Source of the DNA: a bacterium
GTDB taxonomy: Bacteria; Acidobacteriota; Blastocatellia; HR10
Direction: 5' to 3'
Assembly: GCA_041640655.1 (NCBI GenBank)
Contig: JBEPZV010000005.1
Location: forward strand, 1-64,000
Length of the DNA: 64,000 nt
Shown one piece after another: positions 12,757-22,188 of this stretch (the stretch's first letter is position 1; each line of letters begins with the position of its first letter). Made by a program: the position numbers and the translations under genes. Below the pieces are notes generated by a model. The model worked only from the letters and a program-made list of their open reading frames with translations, ran no database searches and was not told the origin of the DNA.

Positions 12757-15096
12757 ATGGAGGGGGAGAATCGAGATCACGGGGAGCGCAAAGGGAGATG
12801 TCCGCGCGCTCGAGGGCTCGGACTCATCCTCATCCTCGGACTTCTCCAAAGCGGTGGAGGGGCGCTCGCCGTGAGCGCTCAGCGCGGGTCTGCTCCGTCG
12901 GGCATCGAGACGCAGAAAGCGACAGGTCCGGAGGAAGCGCGAGCGGAAGGATTTCGTCGCGGAGAGTATCGCCTGCGGGCCGAGCGCCTGCGAGATGGGG
13001 AGCGGATCACTCTGGACGGGCTCCTGAACGAAGCCGTGTGGCACCGCGCCGATGTCGCCGACGGCTTCGTTCAAACCGAGCCGCGCGAGGGGGAGCCGGC
13101 GACCGAGCCGACCGAGGCTCGCGTCGCCTATGATCGCGAGACGCTCTACATCGGCATCATCGCCTACGACAGCGAGATCCGGCGCCTCATCATCAGTGAG
13201 TTGCGGAAGGATTTCAACCTCTCCAACGGCGATGTGGTTCAGGTCGTGCTCGATACTTTCTTTGATCGGCGGAACGGATACGAGTTCGCCACCAATCCCG
13301 GTGGGGCGAAATGGGATGCGCAGATGACCAACGAGGGGCGCGAGGTGAATTCGGATTGGGATGGCATCTGGCATGTCCGCACGCAGATCAACGAGCGGGC
13401 GTGGACGGTGGAGATGGCCATTCCCTTCCGAACGCTCAAATTCCGGGAGGGGGATGTGCAGGTCTGGGGGATCAACTTCATGCGCCGCATCCGGCGCAAG
13501 AACGAGGAGACCTATTGGGCGCCCATCCCCCGCATGTTCAACAGCATTCATTACGTCTCTCGCGCGGGCGTGCTCGAGGGAATCGAGGGGATTCGTCGGG
13601 GGACGGATTTCCGCATCAAGCCGTATGTGGTCGGGAGCTGGGCCGATTTCGCGACCGGTGCGCCGTCCCCTCATCGCGTCTTCAAGGGCGATGGCGGTGT
13701 GGATGCGAAATGGGGCGTGACTTCGGGGATGACCCTCGATCTCACGTATAACACCGATTTCTCGCAGGTCGAGGCCGATGAACAGCAGATCAATCTCACG
13801 CGGTTCAGCCTCTTCTTCCCCGAGAAGCGCGATTTCTTCCTGGAGGGATCGGGCATCTTCCGATTCGGCCCGGGCGAACAGCGGATGGGGATGGCCGGTG
13901 GGGGAGGTGGGATGGGGCGGCTGGGCGCCGTGCGGAATGACCTCATTCTCTTCTTCAGCCGACGCATCGGCCTCTCCGAAAACGGGGAGCCGATCCCCCT
14001 GCGCGCTGGCGTGCGCCTGACCGGACGCGCCGGGCCGTACGAGTTGGGATTTCTGAACATTCAGCAGGAGGCCTTGGGCTCCTCGCCGTCAACGAACTTC
14101 CTCGTCACGCGCGTGCGCCGCAACGTCTTGGCGAATTCCGATCTGGGCTTCATGTTCATGAACGTGGCGCGCCCTCACGGGTTCAACCGCATCTACGGGG
14201 GAGACGCGAACTTCCGCTTCTTCCAGAATCTGAATCTGCACGGGTACATGGCGAAGGCGGCTGCACCGGGCCTTCGCGAGGGCACAGAGGCCTGGCGCGT
14301 GGGCATGAGTTGGCGGAACAACTTCTGGGACATGCGCCATTCCTTCACGAGCATCGGGGAGAACTTCAAGAACGATCTGGGGTTCATCCCGCGCCTGGGT
14401 ATTCGAAAGGCCTCGGACTTCATCGGTCTTCACTGGAGGCCGCGCGCCATCAGCCGCACGGTTCGGGAGATCTTCCCCCACTGGCAGATCGATTACATCA
14501 TGACGCCCTCGGGGCGGTTGGATACGCGGCTGGTGGACTATCATCTGCCCGTCACGTTTCAGAACGGCACCTTCCTCGAAGTGGGCGTGAATTCGACCTA
14601 CGAGCGGTTGGTGGAACCTTTTCGCATCCATCCCACGGCGGTCGTCCCCATCGGTCGCTATAGCTTCAACGAGTATTTCTTCCTCCTCAACAGCGACCGC
14701 AGCCAGCCGCTCTCGGTGAGCCTTCGCCTGGGGACCGGCCCATTCTATGATGGGTATCGGCAGAGTTACTCGAGCGGGGTGGACGTGCGCGCGAAGTATC
14801 GGTTCACGGCGAGCCTCAATTACGCGCGCAATAACATTCGCCTCTTGACCGGTCGGTTTCACACCGATCTGCTCACGCTGCGCGCGGCGTATTCGTTCAG
14901 CACTTCGATCTTCCTCAACGCCCTCATTCAGTACAACAGCGTCGCGCGCACCTGGTCGTCCAACATCCGATTCAATATCATCCATCGCCCGTTGAGCGAT
15001 CTCTTCATCGTGTACAACGAGCGGCGGGAAGCGGGCACGGGTCGCCTCCTGGATCGCACTCTCGTGGTGAAGTTCACCTACCTGTTCAACTTCTGA
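12757..15096 (+). CDS. Exported CBM9-like/DUF5916 family outer-membrane protein
   Basis: Signal-like N-terminus; ITLDGLLNE..W, TYNTDFSQVEAD, FFPEKRDFFLEG, FFSRRIG; C-terminal Phe. Confidence 0.85.
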   Translation: MEGENRDHGERKGRCPRARGLGLILILGLLQSGGGALAVSAQRGSAPSGIETQKATGPEEARAEGFRRGEYRLRAERLRDGERITLDGLLNEAVWHRADVADGFVQTEPREGEPATEPTEARVAYDRETLYIGIIAYDSEIRRLIISELRKDFNLSNGDVVQVVLDTFFDRRNGYEFATNPGGAKWDAQMTNEGREVNSDWDGIWHVRTQINERAWTVEMAIPFRTLKFREGDVQVWGINFMRRIRRKNEETYWAPIPRMFNSIHYVSRAGVLEGIEGIRRGTDFRIKPYVVGSWADFATGAPSPHRVFKGDGGVDAKWGVTSGMTLDLTYNTDFSQVEADEQQINLTRFSLFFPEKRDFFLEGSGIFRFGPGEQRMGMAGGGGGMGRLGAVRNDLILFFSRRIGLSENGEPIPLRAGVRLTGRAGPYELGFLNIQQEALGSSPSTNFLVTRVRRNVLANSDLGFMFMNVARPHGFNRIYGGDANFRFFQNLNLHGYMAKAAAPGLREGTEAWRVGMSWRNNFWDMRHSFTSIGENFKNDLGFIPRLGIRKASDFIGLHWRPRAISRTVREIFPHWQIDYIMTPSGRLDTRLVDYHLPVTFQNGTFLEVGVNSTYERLVEPFRIHPTAVVPIGRYSFNEYFFLLNSDRSQPLSVSLRLGTGPFYDGYRQSYSSGVDVRAKYRFTASLNYARNNIRLLTGRFHTDLLTLRAAYSFSTSIFLNALIQYNSVARTWSSNIRFNIIHRPLSDLFIVYNERREAGTGRLLDRTLVVKFTYLFNF

Positions 15097-15145
15097 GGCG
15101 CGCTTTTGAGGGGGGCCTTCGCGCTCTCCATCGAACGAGTGAGGG

Positions 15146-15736
15146 TCACCGCTGGTTGTCGTTCTCCTCTCGCCCCTTGGGGGGAGCGGTCAGAATCTGG
15201 CGCAGGCGCAGACGGGCTTTGTGAAGTTGAGATTTGGTCGTCCCGACGCTGATGCCGAGCATCCGCGCGATCTCCTCGTGTTCGTATCCCTCGACGTCAT
15301 GCAGGATGAAGACCGTGCGATAGCCCGGCGGGAGCGCTTGGATGGCGCGCTCCAAGGCCAGGCGATCCAACACGCGGTTCCGCCGCTCGCGCGCCGCGTG
15401 ATCGGTCATGATCTTGATCTGCTCATCATCCTCGGCCTGCTCATGACGCACCGTGCTCTTGCGCAGGTGCATGAGTGCCGCATTAACGGTCAGCCGATAG
15501 AGCCAGGTCGTGAAGGCGGAGTCTCCACGGAACGTCTTGAGCTTCCGGTACACCTGCAGGAAGACCTCCTGCGTCACATCCTCGGCATCCGTCGGATCCC
15601 CTAAGATGCGGAGGCAAAGGGAGTACACGCGGCGGCTGTAGTGACGATACAGATGCTCGAAGGCTTGCTCGTCTCCAGCCGCCGAGGCTTGGATCAGTTG
15701 CCATTCCGAGATCGGTTGTGCGATGTCCAGGCTCAT
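15146..15736 (-). CDS. ECF RNA polymerase sigma factor
   Basis: DAEDVTQEVF, FTTWLYRL, LPPGYR, EEIARMLGISVGTTKSQLHKAR; GAGGAG SD before ATG 15736. Confidence 0.95.
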   Translation of the reverse strand: MSLDIAQPISEWQLIQASAAGDEQAFEHLYRHYSRRVYSLCLRILGDPTDAEDVTQEVFLQVYRKLKTFRGDSAFTTWLYRLTVNAALMHLRKSTVRHEQAEDDEQIKIMTDHAARERRNRVLDRLALERAIQALPPGYRTVFILHDVEGYEHEEIARMLGISVGTTKSQLHKARLRLRQILTAPPKGREENDNQR

Positions 15737-15800
15737 GGCGCTCCTCGTCACTTCGTCTTCTACGATCGAACGATGCGCATCGGTTTCACGCGACACCTAT

Positions 15801-15829
15801 ACAGACGGAGAGTCCGCCCGAAAAGTTCC
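15801..15829 (-). promoter_or_regulatory. ECF (sigmaE-type) promoter, probably autoregulatory
   Basis: Minus strand GGAACTT-ttcgggcggactctc-CGTCTGT upstream of the ECF gene. Confidence 0.7.
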
Positions 15830-15861
15830 AGATTTTTGAGATTCGGATCGCGGGAACACCT

Positions 15862-16764
15862 TCACTTCGAGGGAGAGGCTTCAGGCAGGACATAGCGGTA
15901 CGGGACTTCCGCCCCCCCGGCGAGGATGCGCACGCGGCGATTCCCCATGAACTCCGAAGCGGGGACCGTCACTTCGTACGTGCCGATCTGGCCCGGTCCG
16001 AGCCGAGACGGGCGAACCGGGACGACGCGCGTCTCGATCAACCGGCTCTCGCGTTTGATGAGGGAGAGTTCGACGTACACGTCTTCGAAGGTCTTCGAGT
16101 CCGAGACATTGCGGACCGTCCCTCGGAACGTGAGGCGTCCGCCTTTTTCCTCCACCTGATTGGAGTACGAGACTTCCAGGTCTCTCGGCGGCGGCGCAGG
16201 TTCAGGCGGCGGAGGGGGGGGCAGAAGACCCAGTCGAATCCCTATCCAGGCGGCGTATGGTTTGAGCGCGGATCGGACCGAAGGGATCAGGAGAGCCACC
16301 GTGAACCCGGCGAGCGCGCCTGCGCCAACAAGCACCACGCGACGACGGAATCTTCGCCGGCGTTCGAGAAGCTCCTCGAGCTCGCGCTTCAAGCGCGCCC
16401 GCTCCAGCTCGGGAGGGAGGGCGCGGCTGACCCAGAGACTCCCCCGGTGCCCCCCCGCGCGACGAGCGAGCGGTGTGGCCGCGGGCGTTCCCACGGCCTC
16501 GCGAGTCCTCGTCTTCTCAGGCTGAGACCGTTGGGGAGCATGCGCAGCTGCCGTCGTGACGAGCACCGATGCGTCCTCATCGTCGGATGTCCCCGAGGGG
16601 GAGGGAGCGGGCGTCGGCCTCGATTCCTCCCATGCGGATGCGCCCGCGCTCTGCACACGCGTCGTCGCTTTCCGCCGCTCGCGCCCATACGACCAGAAGA
16701 GGAGGAGCGCGAGGCCCATCGCCAGGCCCAAGAGGACGAAGATGAGTCCGTCGCCCGTGGTCAT
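15862..16764 (-). CDS. Hypothetical membrane protein with C-terminal Ig-like (FxLYD-like) domain
   Basis: Two hydrophobic helices, poly-Pro linker, GTVRN...LGPGQ beta-rich domain. Confidence 0.7.
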   Translation of the reverse strand: MTTGDGLIFVLLGLAMGLALLLFWSYGRERRKATTRVQSAGASAWEESRPTPAPSPSGTSDDEDASVLVTTAAAHAPQRSQPEKTRTREAVGTPAATPLARRAGGHRGSLWVSRALPPELERARLKRELEELLERRRRFRRRVVLVGAGALAGFTVALLIPSVRSALKPYAAWIGIRLGLLPPPPPPEPAPPPRDLEVSYSNQVEEKGGRLTFRGTVRNVSDSKTFEDVYVELSLIKRESRLIETRVVPVRPSRLGPGQIGTYEVTVPASEFMGNRRVRILAGGAEVPYRYVLPEASPSK

Positions 16765-17369
16765 TTCAGTTCCACACGTTCGCGCAGCGCGCGCAGGATG
16801 TTATTCTCGATGACTCCGCGCGATCGGCATCGCACCCAGGTGCTGCTCATGAGGTCTTGGGTGAGCCCCTCGATCTCGGCCGCGACGGTGACCGCCGTCG
16901 CGTTGGACTCAATGAGGTTGACGCGAATCTCCAGGCGATACCGCGCGCGCGTCCAGTTGTGCAGATCACCGTCCGGGAGATCGGCCACGCGCAACAGTTC
17001 GTTCTTCGTGTGGATGCCCTTGCTGAAAACGTACCACTCGGTCCGGAAAAGCCCCGTGCGCGGCCGACTCTCTCGCTCATCGAGCGGCAGTTCCAACTCT
17101 TTCAGCAACTCTGTGACCGCTGCTGAGATGATCTCCGGCGACGCGGAGAATCGGTACGGATTGGGGAGGACCTCCTCGTGCCCTTTTCCCCCGAAGGTGA
17201 TCGCCGTGCCTTTGGGCCGTTCGGGAGTCGTGGGATTGGGCGGCGCGCGACGCGGGTCCTGCCGAAGCGATGGCGCGCTCGCCGACGGGGCCGAGAGGAG
17301 ACCGGACCCAACGGGGAACCCTATCAGCCAGAGCCCCACGGCGATCATGACCGGCGCCCATCGCTTCAT
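16761..17369 (-). CDS. Exported hypothetical protein (BamC-like helix-grip domain possible)
   Basis: Signal peptide MKRWAPV...; GLFRTEW, RYRLEIRV; ATGA overlap with downstream gene. Confidence 0.65.
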   Translation of the reverse strand: MKRWAPVMIAVGLWLIGFPVGSGLLSAPSASAPSLRQDPRRAPPNPTTPERPKGTAITFGGKGHEEVLPNPYRFSASPEIISAAVTELLKELELPLDERESRPRTGLFRTEWYVFSKGIHTKNELLRVADLPDGDLHNWTRARYRLEIRVNLIESNATAVTVAAEIEGLTQDLMSSTWVRCRSRGVIENNILRALRERVELK

Positions 17370-17505
17370 GCGCGGCTCCTTCTCCCGGCATGTATGGTAG
17401 ACCGCCCGCGCAGCTTTCGGCAATGGTCCACTGCCGCCGCGCTCAGTGCGAGAGATACCCCCCTTCTTCCGCGGACCAGTCGCCTTCGGCCGTCCGAACG
17501 CTTCA

Positions 17506-19563
17506 TCACGATCCCGGCGCTTTCAGGTAGGTATCGAACCATTCGATCACCGTCCGATACCACAGCTCGCTATTTTGCGGCTTCAGGATCCAGTGGCCCT
17601 CATCCGGGAAGAGCAAGAGCTTCGACGGCACGTTCCGACGCTGCAGGGCGGTGAACATCTGCAGGCCCTCGCTCACCGGCACGCGGAAATCCAGCTCTCC
17701 GTGGATGACGAGCGTTGGCGTCTTGAAATTCTGCGCGAAATTGTGCGGGGACCACCGCTCGTACAGCTCCTTATTCGTCCACGGCGTGCCGCGAAATTCC
17801 CATTCGGGGAACCACAGCTCCTCGGTCGAGCCGTACATGCTGATCAGGTTGAAGACGCCCGCATGCGAGACGAGCGCGCGGAAGCGATCCGTCTGCCCGG
17901 CGATCCAGTTGACGAGATAGCCGCCGTAAGAACCGCCGGCCGCACCGATGCGATTCGGATCCACGTAGCCGAGGCTGATGACATAATCCACGCCGCGCAT
18001 CACGTCCTCATAGACCTTGCCTCCCCAATCGCCGCTGATCTCATCAATGAACTTTTGTCCGAAGCCGATGCTGCCCCGTGGATTCGGCATGAAGATGACG
18101 TAGCCCGCCGCGGCGAACAGTTGCGCGTTCCAGCGATAATGGAAGACATCGGCCCAGACGCTTTGCGGCCCGCCGTGCAGGAGCACGATCATCGGGTATG
18201 TCTTCGCAGGATCGAAACCGGGCGGGGTGATGATCCATCCGTGCACGCGCGCCCCATCGGCGCCCGTGTACCAGATCGAGCGGACCTCTCCCCATTGGAT
18301 CGCCGCGAGCCGCTCCGCATTCATTCGGGTCAGAGGCGCGAGCTGGCTGCCATCCACGTTCACGCGATAGAGCTCGGCCGGTTGCGAGAAACCGTGTCGC
18401 AAGAAGATGAGCGTCTTCCCATCCGGCGTGATCTGCAGGCCCTCATTCGCTCCTGTCGGGACGAGTTTGCGGATCTCCCCTGTGGCGAGCGCCACGGTGT
18501 AGATCGGGAAGGCGCCGCCTTCGGCGACGGTGAAGTAGAGGCGTTGGCTATCGGGCGCCCACACGAACTCTTCGACCCAATGATCGAGGGCCTCGGTCAG
18601 ACTTCGCGTGCGTCCGGTCTGGCGATCGTAGAGCATCAGGCGCCATCGGTCGGATTCGAATCCCGGGCGTTCTTGCGCGCGATAGGCGATATAGCGCCCG
18701 TCAGGAGAGTAGAGGGGGGAATTGTCCGCCGCCGGATTGGTCGTCAGACGTCGGGGTTCGCCTCCGCGAACGGGGACGATCCACAGATCGCTGTTGGTGC
18801 TGATGGCTTCGTCGCGACCGTCCTTTCGCGCGAAGCAGAGTTCGCTCCCGTCAGGCGAGAAGGCGTAATCCTCGGGGCCGCCCAGGGAGAAGGGCGGGAC
18901 ATCGTGATCGCCCGGCGTGAGATCGCGCGCCGTGCCCCCCGCCGCGGGGATGACGAAGAGATGACGGCGCTTGCCGTCCTTCCAGGTGTCCCAGTGCCGG
19001 TAGAGCAAGCGAGTGTAGAGGCGCGCTTTGACCGGACTTCGCGCGCGCTCCTGCTCGCGCTGATGAGTACACGTCTCATCCGGGCAATCGGGATAGACCT
19101 CGGCCGTGAAGGCCAGATGCCGACCATCCGGAGACCAGAGCACCCCGGACGCTCCCGTCGGAAAACGCGTGAGCCGTTCGGGCTCACCGCCGGTGACGTC
19201 CATCACCCAGATCTGCGATGTCCCATCGCGCGTCGAAATGAACGCGAGCTTCCGTCCATCGGGCGACCATCGCGGACGCGCGTCCGCAGCCGGATGCGTC
19301 GTGAGCTGACGCGGCTCCCCTCCCGCTGTCGGCACGAGCCAGATGTCTGTATTCCGCGTGTTCTGCGCTTTGTCTATGGTCGTCACCGTGAACGCGACCC
19401 AGCGCCCGTCGGGTGAGACCTGCGGATCCCCCAGTCGTCGGATCGCCATCAGATCATCGAAGGTGAAGGGACGCCCTCCAGCAGCGGCGTGCCGAGGAAG
19501 AGTCAAAAGGGCGAGGAGGGTGAGAGCCGAGAAGATCCTCGCCGTTCGCACGGCCTGGCGCAT
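17506..19563 (-). CDS. S9 family peptidase with TolB-like propeller
   Basis: Signal peptide; repeated WSPDG; HGGP; GGSYGG nucleophile; DFRVP; DEGH. Confidence 0.95.
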   Translation of the reverse strand: MRQAVRTARIFSALTLLALLTLPRHAAAGGRPFTFDDLMAIRRLGDPQVSPDGRWVAFTVTTIDKAQNTRNTDIWLVPTAGGEPRQLTTHPAADARPRWSPDGRKLAFISTRDGTSQIWVMDVTGGEPERLTRFPTGASGVLWSPDGRHLAFTAEVYPDCPDETCTHQREQERARSPVKARLYTRLLYRHWDTWKDGKRRHLFVIPAAGGTARDLTPGDHDVPPFSLGGPEDYAFSPDGSELCFARKDGRDEAISTNSDLWIVPVRGGEPRRLTTNPAADNSPLYSPDGRYIAYRAQERPGFESDRWRLMLYDRQTGRTRSLTEALDHWVEEFVWAPDSQRLYFTVAEGGAFPIYTVALATGEIRKLVPTGANEGLQITPDGKTLIFLRHGFSQPAELYRVNVDGSQLAPLTRMNAERLAAIQWGEVRSIWYTGADGARVHGWIITPPGFDPAKTYPMIVLLHGGPQSVWADVFHYRWNAQLFAAAGYVIFMPNPRGSIGFGQKFIDEISGDWGGKVYEDVMRGVDYVISLGYVDPNRIGAAGGSYGGYLVNWIAGQTDRFRALVSHAGVFNLISMYGSTEELWFPEWEFRGTPWTNKELYERWSPHNFAQNFKTPTLVIHGELDFRVPVSEGLQMFTALQRRNVPSKLLLFPDEGHWILKPQNSELWYRTVIEWFDTYLKAPGS

Positions 19564-19640
19564 AGACAGCCTCCTTGCGGTGGACTCATATCGAGGGAGA
19601 GATTGTGACCGAGAACCGGTCGAGAGCGCAAATCGCACCT

Positions 19641-20876
19641 TCAGGACACGCCAACCAGCGCCAGCGCGATGAGCAGCGCGCGTTTCAGGCCGAGGGCGCG
19701 ATCTTCGGGCGCATACCATTCCTGGAGCGTATGCACGTTCCCCGCCTCGCCGCCGGTGCCGATGGCGATGGCCGGTACGCCTCGCGCGATGGGGAGATTG
19801 GCGTCGGTCGAAGCGCACTCCAGCCGGGGGACGCGACCGAGCCAGCGCGTGACCTCGCACGCGATCTGAACGATCTGGGCTTCAGGAGGGACGACTCCGG
19901 CTGGCCGATCCCCGAGCACTTCGATGCGATACTCCAGCCGCGCGAGATCGTCGCCGCTGCGACGTCGCGGTCGCTCCAAACGGACGGCGTGCTCCAGAGA
20001 TTCGCGAAGATAGTGTTCGATCCGCGCGATCTCCGCCGCCGACGTCGAGCGCACGTCCACGTCTAAGTACGCCGTTTGGGGGATCGCGTTGATGGCCTCG
20101 CCGCCGGCGATGCGCGTGAGGCTGATGCTCGTCCGTGGGGTGTCGGGCAGGGGGAAGCTCATCAACCGCAGCGCCGTGCGCACCAGGGGGTGAATGGGAT
20201 TCGGCGCGCCGAAATCCCCCCAGCTGTGTCCGCCCGGGCCGCGCACGTGGAGGCGATAGCGGCGCGATCCGAGCGCGTGATGGACGATGCCCTCAACCCC
20301 GGCACCTTCGAGCGCCAGAAACGCACTGATCGCGGGGATGCGCTCGGCGCCCTCGAAGAGATACCGCACGCCGCGAAGATCGCCCTCACCCTCTTCACCC
20401 ACCGTCCCGAGAAACAGCAGCGAGCCCGTGGTTCGGACCGCCGCCGCATTCAGGGCTTCTCCGAGCGCGAGCAGCGCCGCCAGCCCGCACGCATTATCGC
20501 TGATGCCCGGCGCGTGCAGTCGTCCGTTCTCCCAGCGGACGCGGATCATCGTCCCCGCAGGGAAGACCGTATCCAAATGCGCGGCGAGCACGACCAGGGG
20601 AGCGGCGTGCCATCCCGGCCGCCATCCGCGGACGTTGCCGACGCCGTCAATGTGGACGCCCACAAGCCCCAGATCACGAAACCGCTCGCGCAGATAAGCG
20701 GCGCGCGCCGCCTCGCCGAAGGGGGGAGCTGGGATCTCGCAGATTCGGATCTGCTCGCGCGTGACCTCTTCAGTGTGCGCCTCCAGCCAGGCCAGAGCGC
20801 GACGCACACTCGACTGCTGCAGGACAACGCTCAGGCGGGCATCCGTGGGGATCGTCGAGCAGCTCACATCACTCAT
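19641..20876 (-). CDS. M20/M25/M40 family metallo-hydrolase
   Basis: AHLDTVF, PGISDN, GEEGEG, GPGGHSW, STDAN, HTLQEW. Confidence 0.9.
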   Translation of the reverse strand: MSDVSCSTIPTDARLSVVLQQSSVRRALAWLEAHTEEVTREQIRICEIPAPPFGEAARAAYLRERFRDLGLVGVHIDGVGNVRGWRPGWHAAPLVVLAAHLDTVFPAGTMIRVRWENGRLHAPGISDNACGLAALLALGEALNAAAVRTTGSLLFLGTVGEEGEGDLRGVRYLFEGAERIPAISAFLALEGAGVEGIVHHALGSRRYRLHVRGPGGHSWGDFGAPNPIHPLVRTALRLMSFPLPDTPRTSISLTRIAGGEAINAIPQTAYLDVDVRSTSAAEIARIEHYLRESLEHAVRLERPRRRSGDDLARLEYRIEVLGDRPAGVVPPEAQIVQIACEVTRWLGRVPRLECASTDANLPIARGVPAIAIGTGGEAGNVHTLQEWYAPEDRALGLKRALLIALALVGVS

Positions 20877-22119
20877 GACGCGCGCGCGATACCTCCTCCG
20901 CGGGTTCTGCGATGAGCGCCCACACCTCCTCTTCGGTGAGGACGCGCGCGGACTGCTTCGCCGCGGCGAAGATGCGCTCGACGCGCTCCTCGGTCGGCTC
21001 GATCCCCCGCTTCTGCAGCCAGAAGATCACATTCGACTTCCCGCTCATCGGTCCGATCTCGATCGTTTGCTCCAACCCGAACCAGTGGGCCGGAACGCTC
21101 GAATAGACGGTGTTGGCCAGCTCGACGTCGTTCTTCCGGTATGCCTTGATGACGGCCGCCGCGTGCACGCCCGTCCCCGTGCGGAAGGCATCGCGCCCGA
21201 CGACGGGATAATTGAAGGGGATCTGGATGCCGCAGGCGCGGGCCACAGCCCGACAGTAATCGCCGAGCTTCGAGAGATCGCGGCGAATGTATCCCATCAG
21301 TTGCAGGTTCACGAGCAGTTGATCCATCGGCGTATTCCCGCAGCGCTCGCCGATGCCGAGCGCGCACCCGTGCACGCGATGCGCCCCCGCCTCGATGGCG
21401 GCGATCGTGTTGATGACGCCCAGCCCTCGATCCATGTGGCCGTGGAAGTCAATCTTCACGTCCTCGCCCGTCTCCGCGACCACCTGCCTGATGAACCCAA
21501 TGAGCGCGTGAACGCCGCGCGGCGTCGCATGCCCCACCGTATCGGCCACGCAGATCCGACGCGCGCCGCACTCGATGGCCGTCCGATAGAGCTTGCGGAG
21601 CGTCTCCGGATGCGCCCGCGTCGTATCCTCAGTGACGTACATGACGGGCAGTCCATGACGGACGGCGAAGGTGACGGCCTCCTCGGTGGCGCGCAACATC
21701 ATGTCGAGCGTCCAATCCTCCGCGTACTGCCGAATCGGACTCGACCCGATGAAGGTGCAGCACTCGATGGGAATGCCCACTTTCTCCGAGATGTCAATGA
21801 CCGGCTCAATATCCGCGCGCACCGTGCGCGCGGCGCAGTTGGGACGGATCGGGAGGCGGGAGTCCACGATCTCCTTCGCCAATCGCGTCACCGTCTCCAC
21901 GACGTGCGGCCCGGCGCCCGGCAGCCCCAGATCCGCCGACTCGATCCCCAGGCTCGCCATCAGGTGCAGGATCTCGATCTTCTCCTCAATGGTGGGGTTG
22001 GTCACCGAGGGCGACTGCAGGCCATCGCGCAGCGTCTCGTCATCGAACTCGATCTCCCGCACGGTCGGGACATCGCCCCCCACGCGGTTCCAATCGTAGA
22101 TGAGCGGATGCTCATCCAT
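20869..22119 (-). CDS. LeuA-family DRE-TIM synthase (isopropylmalate/homocitrate/citramalate synthase-like) without regulatory domain
   Basis: DETLRDGLQ, DTVG, HGHMDRG, GIGERCGN, GPMSGKSN. Confidence 0.9.
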   Translation of the reverse strand: MDEHPLIYDWNRVGGDVPTVREIEFDDETLRDGLQSPSVTNPTIEEKIEILHLMASLGIESADLGLPGAGPHVVETVTRLAKEIVDSRLPIRPNCAARTVRADIEPVIDISEKVGIPIECCTFIGSSPIRQYAEDWTLDMMLRATEEAVTFAVRHGLPVMYVTEDTTRAHPETLRKLYRTAIECGARRICVADTVGHATPRGVHALIGFIRQVVAETGEDVKIDFHGHMDRGLGVINTIAAIEAGAHRVHGCALGIGERCGNTPMDQLLVNLQLMGYIRRDLSKLGDYCRAVARACGIQIPFNYPVVGRDAFRTGTGVHAAAVIKAYRKNDVELANTVYSSVPAHWFGLEQTIEIGPMSGKSNVIFWLQKRGIEPTEERVERIFAAAKQSARVLTEEEVWALIAEPAEEVSRARHE

Positions 22120-22188
22120 AGCGCTCGCCTCCTCTCCTCGCCCAGGATGGTGAGAACATTCAACCAACGATCGCCTGCCGCTGTCAAG

